From assembly GCA_965278945.1 (NCBI GenBank), contig OZ257128.1, positions 1,608,403 through 1,672,402 of the forward strand: DNA of 64,000 nucleotides, written 5' to 3'. The first letter of the stretch is position 1. Each line of letters opens with the position of its first letter. This document shows positions 60,094-64,000 of this stretch, in pieces. Under the pieces are notes generated by a model that saw only the letters and a program-made list of their open reading frames with translations, was not told where the DNA came from and ran no database searches. The stretch is from Actinomycetes bacterium. GTDB taxonomy: Bacteria; Actinomycetota; Actinomycetes; S36-B12. The translations under genes and the position numbers were made by a program.

Positions 60094-62187
60094 TCAGGCG
60101 TCGATGCGATTGCGATCAAGCGACGCAGCGCCATCGACGATGAAGTCCTTGCGAGGAGCGACCTCGCTGCCCATGAGCAGGTCGAACACCGCTCCTGCGG
60201 CATCGACGTCGGACATCGTCATGCGGCGCAGGGTGCGGTGCGCAGGATCCATGGTGGTCTCGCGCAGCTGCGAGGAATCCATCTCGCCGAGGCCCTTATA
60301 GCGCTGCACGGGATCCTTCACGCGACGGCCGCGCTTCTCGGCGTCCTTGAGCACGGTCTTCATCTCCGCGTCGGAGTACGTGTAGACCACCTCGTTCGAC
60401 TTCGATCCCGGGTTGATGATCTCGACGCGATGCAGCGGCGGCACCGCCGCGAAGACGCGTCCGTCGTCGAGCAGCGGCTTGAGGTAGCGGTGGATGAGTG
60501 TCAGGAGCAGGCAGCGGATGTGCGCGCCGTCGACATCAGCATCGGACATCAAGATGATCTTGCCGTAGCGCGCCTGCTCGAGATCGAACGTGCGACCGGA
60601 CCCCGCGCCGATGACCTGGATGATCGACGCGCACTCGGAGTTCTTGAGCATGTCGGCGAGCGATGACTTCTGGACATTGAGGATCTTCCCGCGGATCGGC
60701 AGCAGCGCCTGGTGATCGGCGTTGCGCGCGGTCTTCGCGGTGCCGAGCGCGCTGTCGCCCTCGACGATGAACAGCTCCGTGCGCAGGATGTCGTCGCTGC
60801 GGCAGTCAACGAGCTTGGCGGGCAGTGCTGACGACTCGAGAGCGGTCTTGCGCCGCTGCGTATCGCGGTGCGTTCGTGCCGCCACCCGCGCGCGCATGGC
60901 GTTCGCGGTCTTGTCGAGGATCGCCTTCGCCGCGGCCTTCTCACCGCGTGGCGGCGAGGTGAGCCATGACGTGAGCTCCTTGCTGACGACGTTGCCGACG
61001 ATGCGCGAGGCGGCGGGGGTGCCGAGCACCTCCTTCGTCTGCCCGTCGAACTGCGGCTCGGCGAGGCGAACGGTGACGACGGCGGTGAGGCCCTCGAGGA
61101 TGTCGTCCTTGGTGATGTTGTCGTCGCTGGCCTTGAGGATCTTCGCCGCGCGCAGCTGGTCGTTCATCACCTTGACGATGGCGCGCTCGAAGCCCGCCAC
61201 GTGCGTGCCGCCCTTGAGGGTCGGGATGACGTTGACGAACGAGCGCATGACGGTGTCGTAGCCGGTGTCCCAGCGCAGCGCGATATCGACTCCGAGGTCG
61301 CGCTCGACCTCCTGCGGAGTCATGTGGCCCTTGGCATCGAGGACAGGGACCGTCTCGTGGAAGTGACCGCTGCCGGTTAGGCGGATCACCGGACTGACCG
61401 CCTCTCCCGTCGACAAGAACTCCGCAAACTCGCTGAGCCCGCCCTTGTGCTGGAAGGTCTCCTCCCAGACGTCGTCGGCATCGCGCTCGTCTCGCATCGC
61501 GATCGTCAGGCCGGGCACCAGGAACGTGCTCTGCATGGCGCGCTCGCGCAGCACCTCGCGGTCGTACTCGGCGTCCTTGGTGAAGACCTGGCGGTCGGCC
61601 CAGAACCGCACGCGCGTGCCGGTCTTGGTGCGCGGGCACGTTCCGACGATGCGCAGCCCGCCCTTGCGGGTGAACTCGGCGGTCTCGTCGTCGCCGTCGA
61701 AGATCCCGGGCACGCCGCGACGGAAGGTCATCAGGTGGATCTTGCCGACGCGGTCGACCTCGACGTCAAGGCGCGAGGACAGCGCATTGACGACGGACGC
61801 ACCCACTCCGTGCAGTCCGCCCGAGGCGCCGTACGAGCCGCCGCCGAACTTGCCGCCGGCGTGCAGCTTCGTCATGACGACCTCGACGCCGGTGAGCTTC
61901 GTCTTGGGCTCGACGTCGACCGGGATCCCGCGGCCATCGTCCTCGACCTCGGCGGAGCCGTCGGCGCGCAGCGTGACGACGATCTTCTTGCAATGCCCGG
62001 CCAGCGCCTCGTCGACGGCGTTGTCGATGATCTCGCCCAGGCAGTGCATGAGGCCGCGGCTGTCGTTGGAGCCGATGTACATGCCCGGGCGCTTGCGCAC
62101 CGCCTCCAGGCCCTCCAGGACCGCGAGGTCCTTGGCGGAGTAACCCGAGGATGCAGTCGGCTTGGCGGCAGAACGAGCGGTTGGCAC
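60094..62187 (-). CDS. parE: DNA topoisomerase IV subunit B
   Basis: EAVRKRPGMYIG, EIIDNAVDE, LHAGGKF, IVEGDSA, PIRGKILN, DADVDG, RYKGLGEM; lacks gyrase-length insert. Confidence 0.9.
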   Translation of the reverse strand: MPTARSAAKPTASSGYSAKDLAVLEGLEAVRKRPGMYIGSNDSRGLMHCLGEIIDNAVDEALAGHCKKIVVTLRADGSAEVEDDGRGIPVDVEPKTKLTGVEVVMTKLHAGGKFGGGSYGASGGLHGVGASVVNALSSRLDVEVDRVGKIHLMTFRRGVPGIFDGDDETAEFTRKGGLRIVGTCPRTKTGTRVRFWADRQVFTKDAEYDREVLRERAMQSTFLVPGLTIAMRDERDADDVWEETFQHKGGLSEFAEFLSTGEAVSPVIRLTGSGHFHETVPVLDAKGHMTPQEVERDLGVDIALRWDTGYDTVMRSFVNVIPTLKGGTHVAGFERAIVKVMNDQLRAAKILKASDDNITKDDILEGLTAVVTVRLAEPQFDGQTKEVLGTPAASRIVGNVVSKELTSWLTSPPRGEKAAAKAILDKTANAMRARVAARTHRDTQRRKTALESSALPAKLVDCRSDDILRTELFIVEGDSALGTAKTARNADHQALLPIRGKILNVQKSSLADMLKNSECASIIQVIGAGSGRTFDLEQARYGKIILMSDADVDGAHIRCLLLTLIHRYLKPLLDDGRVFAAVPPLHRVEIINPGSKSNEVVYTYSDAEMKTVLKDAEKRGRRVKDPVQRYKGLGEMDSSQLRETTMDPAHRTLRRMTMSDVDAAGAVFDLLMGSEVAPRKDFIVDGAASLDRNRIDA

Positions 62188-62337
62188 CTGCTCAACCTAC
62201 CCAGCGCCGCCGACGTCGACGGACCGCGCCGCGCGTGTGTTGACGCTCTCGCTTGTGACCTTGTGAACACGCGGCCACCGAGTTTTCCACCGTGTTAACT
62301 CTCCGCTGTGGGCGAACGACGTCGGCGTGGCTAACCG

Positions 62338-62364
62338 GGAACAAACAGTCCATGGGAGACTGTT
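62338..62364 (+). promoter_or_regulatory. Possible SigR/SigE-type promoter GGAAC-N19-GTT
   Basis: GGAAC 62338-62342, GTT 62362-62364; spacer one base longer than consensus and containing an ACAGTC/GACTGT inverted repeat. Confidence 0.35.
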
Positions 62365-62428
62365 ACGACTACCAACGGGTGATTGATCCTGATCACCACC
62401 AGCACCTGGACTTGGAGGTACCGCGCAC

Positions 62429-62644
62429 ATGACTACGACACTGACCGCGCCGACCCTCAGCGCTACTGACCGTTGCGATCGCTGCAACGCGCAGGCCTAC
62501 GTTCGTGTCGTGCTTCCCGGAGGTACCGACCTGCTGTTCTGCGGCCATCATTGGGGCCGTCACGAGACTGTGCTGCGCCCGCAGGCGGTCGAGATTCTCG
62601 ACGAGACCCACCGGCTCACCGCCGTCCCGCCCGTCGCTGACTGA
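62429..62644 (+). CDS. Small conserved actinobacterial CxxC protein (DUF7455-like)
   Basis: DRCDRCNAQAYVRV...LLFCGHH; GGAGG RBS. Confidence 0.85.
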   Translation: MTTTLTAPTLSATDRCDRCNAQAYVRVVLPGGTDLLFCGHHWGRHETVLRPQAVEILDETHRLTAVPPVAD

Positions 62645-62652
62645 CCGCTTCG

Positions 62653-63468
62653 CTACTTCCCCTCGAAGCGGGCCGGCCGCTTGGCGAGGAATGCCTTGAT
62701 GCCTTCCTGATAGTCGTCGCTGCGCCATGCAGCACGACGCAGGGAGGTCAGGCGCTCGAACTCATCGCTCGTCAATGACCTGGCATCGGTCAGGGCTGTT
62801 GTCTCGGCCTTGATCGCGGCAATCGCCAATGGTGCCAACGATGAAATCCGGGTCGCGAGCGCCACCGCCGTCGACTCGAGCTCGGCCGAATCGCCCACCA
62901 CGCGGTTGACCACGCCGAACGATGCCATCGCTTCCGCGGTGATCGGCTCGGCGGTGAAGAACATCTCCTTCGCGACGTTCAGGGGCAGTCCGCCGAGGAA
63001 GTGCGCGACACCTGCCGTGTTGTACGGGATGCCGAGCCGGGCCGGGGTGATGGCGAATGTCGACGTCCGCATCGCGACGACCAGATCGCACGTGAGCACT
63101 AGATCGCAGGCGCCGCCCCAGACCGTGCCCTCGACCGCCGCGATGACCGGGAACGGCGTGTGCCGCACCGTGCGCAAGAACAGCTCGAGGGGGTTGGTCC
63201 AGGTCAGCGGGTCGGTCCCGTCGACGGGCAGTTCGGAGATGTCGTGGCCGGCGGACCACACGCTCACCCCGGGCTCGGCACGGATGATGAGCGCCCGGCA
63301 GCCTGAGTCCGTGGCCGCCATCAGCTCGGCCGTCAAGGCGGCGAGCATGTCCGAGCCGAGGGCATTGCGCTTGGCCGGCGCCGCCAAGGTCACTTCGATG
63401 ACGTGGCCCGGATGCGATTCGTCGCCGACGTTGCGGACGTGAACCAGAGTGGAATCCTGTGCAGACAT
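62653..63468 (-). CDS. scpB: Methylmalonyl-CoA decarboxylase (crotonase family)
   Basis: SAGHDI.ELP..G.DPL, VEGTVWGGA, STFAITPARLGIPYN, SDEFERL..LRR....DYQEG..AFL.KR, closely following E. coli ScpB motifs as I recall them. Confidence 0.82.
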   Translation of the reverse strand: MSAQDSTLVHVRNVGDESHPGHVIEVTLAAPAKRNALGSDMLAALTAELMAATDSGCRALIIRAEPGVSVWSAGHDISELPVDGTDPLTWTNPLELFLRTVRHTPFPVIAAVEGTVWGGACDLVLTCDLVVAMRTSTFAITPARLGIPYNTAGVAHFLGGLPLNVAKEMFFTAEPITAEAMASFGVVNRVVGDSAELESTAVALATRISSLAPLAIAAIKAETTALTDARSLTSDEFERLTSLRRAAWRSDDYQEGIKAFLAKRPARFEGK

Positions 63469-63561
63469 CCTGCCTCCAGTGTCCGAATTGTCGGGAAAGG
63501 GCTAGTCATCTAGCCAACCGAAGGTTACGGTGATGCCCTCGCCTTGAGGCTCGGGGGGCCA

Positions 63562-64000
63562 ATGGTGCTCAAGAAGATGAGATTTCGCGTTGCGACAGGA
63601 GCGATCACGTCGGCGCTCGCCATCACGGCCCTGTGCCTGAGCCCGGTGCCGGCACACGCCGCGGTGCCTGGGACTCCCGCGGGGATAGCCGCCGCCGGCA
63701 ACAACACCTCCGCCGCCGTGTCGTGGCCGGCGCTGTCGGCCTCCCCCGCGGTTACCGGCTACACCGCTTCCGCGTGGACAACCTCGTCAGGAAACACCCT
63801 CGCGGGCTCCTGCACGACAGCGACCACGAACTGCTCGATCACGGGCCTGACGAACGGAACCACCTACTTCGTCGACGTCCTGGCGACCAACATCGACGGC
63901 TCCGGTGCACCGACGGCTCGAATCAGCGTGACGCCCGCCACGAACCCCGGGCCTCCATCGATCACGGGAGTCGGCGTCGGCAACGCCTTCGTCGAAGTCG
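63562..64000 (+). CDS. Secreted fibronectin type III repeat protein (partial, runs off window)
   Basis: Signal peptide ending PAHA-A; VPGTP...VSW...VTGYT...ITGLTNGTTY.V.V.ATN FN3 pattern. Confidence 0.85.
   Translation, partial: MVLKKMRFRVATGAITSALAITALCLSPVPAHAAVPGTPAGIAAAGNNTSAAVSWPALSASPAVTGYTASAWTTSSGNTLAGSCTTATTNCSITGLTNGTTYFVDVLATNIDGSGAPTARISVTPATNPGPPSITGVGVGNAFVEV

Noticed and set aside
54084-62187. Calling the type II topoisomerase genes gyrA/gyrB
   Set aside because: Unlinked, convergent arrangement, no clear GyrA box and a short B subunit fit actinobacterial topoisomerase IV
63469-63561. Possible riboswitch upstream of the FN3 gene
   Set aside because: Only a short GGCTAG/CTAGCC inverted repeat; no match to riboswitch consensus features I know
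1-64000. tRNA/rRNA genes
   Set aside because: No cloverleaf or T-loop context and no rRNA-like stretch; intergenic gaps are nearly all too short or otherwise explained

Overview
High-GC actinobacterial chromosome segment, densely coded. It is mostly housekeeping genes in a Streptomyces/Mycobacterium-like order (rnd, fadA-fadB, dxs, acnA, kimA-like/trkA pair, dut, DUF4193, sepH, tdk, psuG, parC, parE), with accessory genes interspersed. I found no rRNA, tRNA or CRISPR array. The most unusual structure is a dispersed family of REP-like palindromes. Three are 60-bp copies (3857-3916, 46847-46906, 47903-47962) with conserved 23- and 21-nt arms and an unrelated 16-nt centre. Two of them, in inverted orientation, bracket a single lower-GC AbiEi-like/DUF559 (PD-(D/E)xK) nuclease gene, giving a 1134-bp unit with perfect 32-bp terminal inverted repeats and two DnaA-box-like 9-mers upstream of the gene. 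A fourth, variant palindrome has an IS30 element inserted in its loop. Other points: an ECF42 sigma/DGPF locus with two matching promoters, a 1-bp frameshift in an ABC ATPase, several candidate operators and promoters, an orphan scpB, and a possible nucleoside-salvage neighbourhood. All family calls come from motif recognition by eye; no database searches were run.
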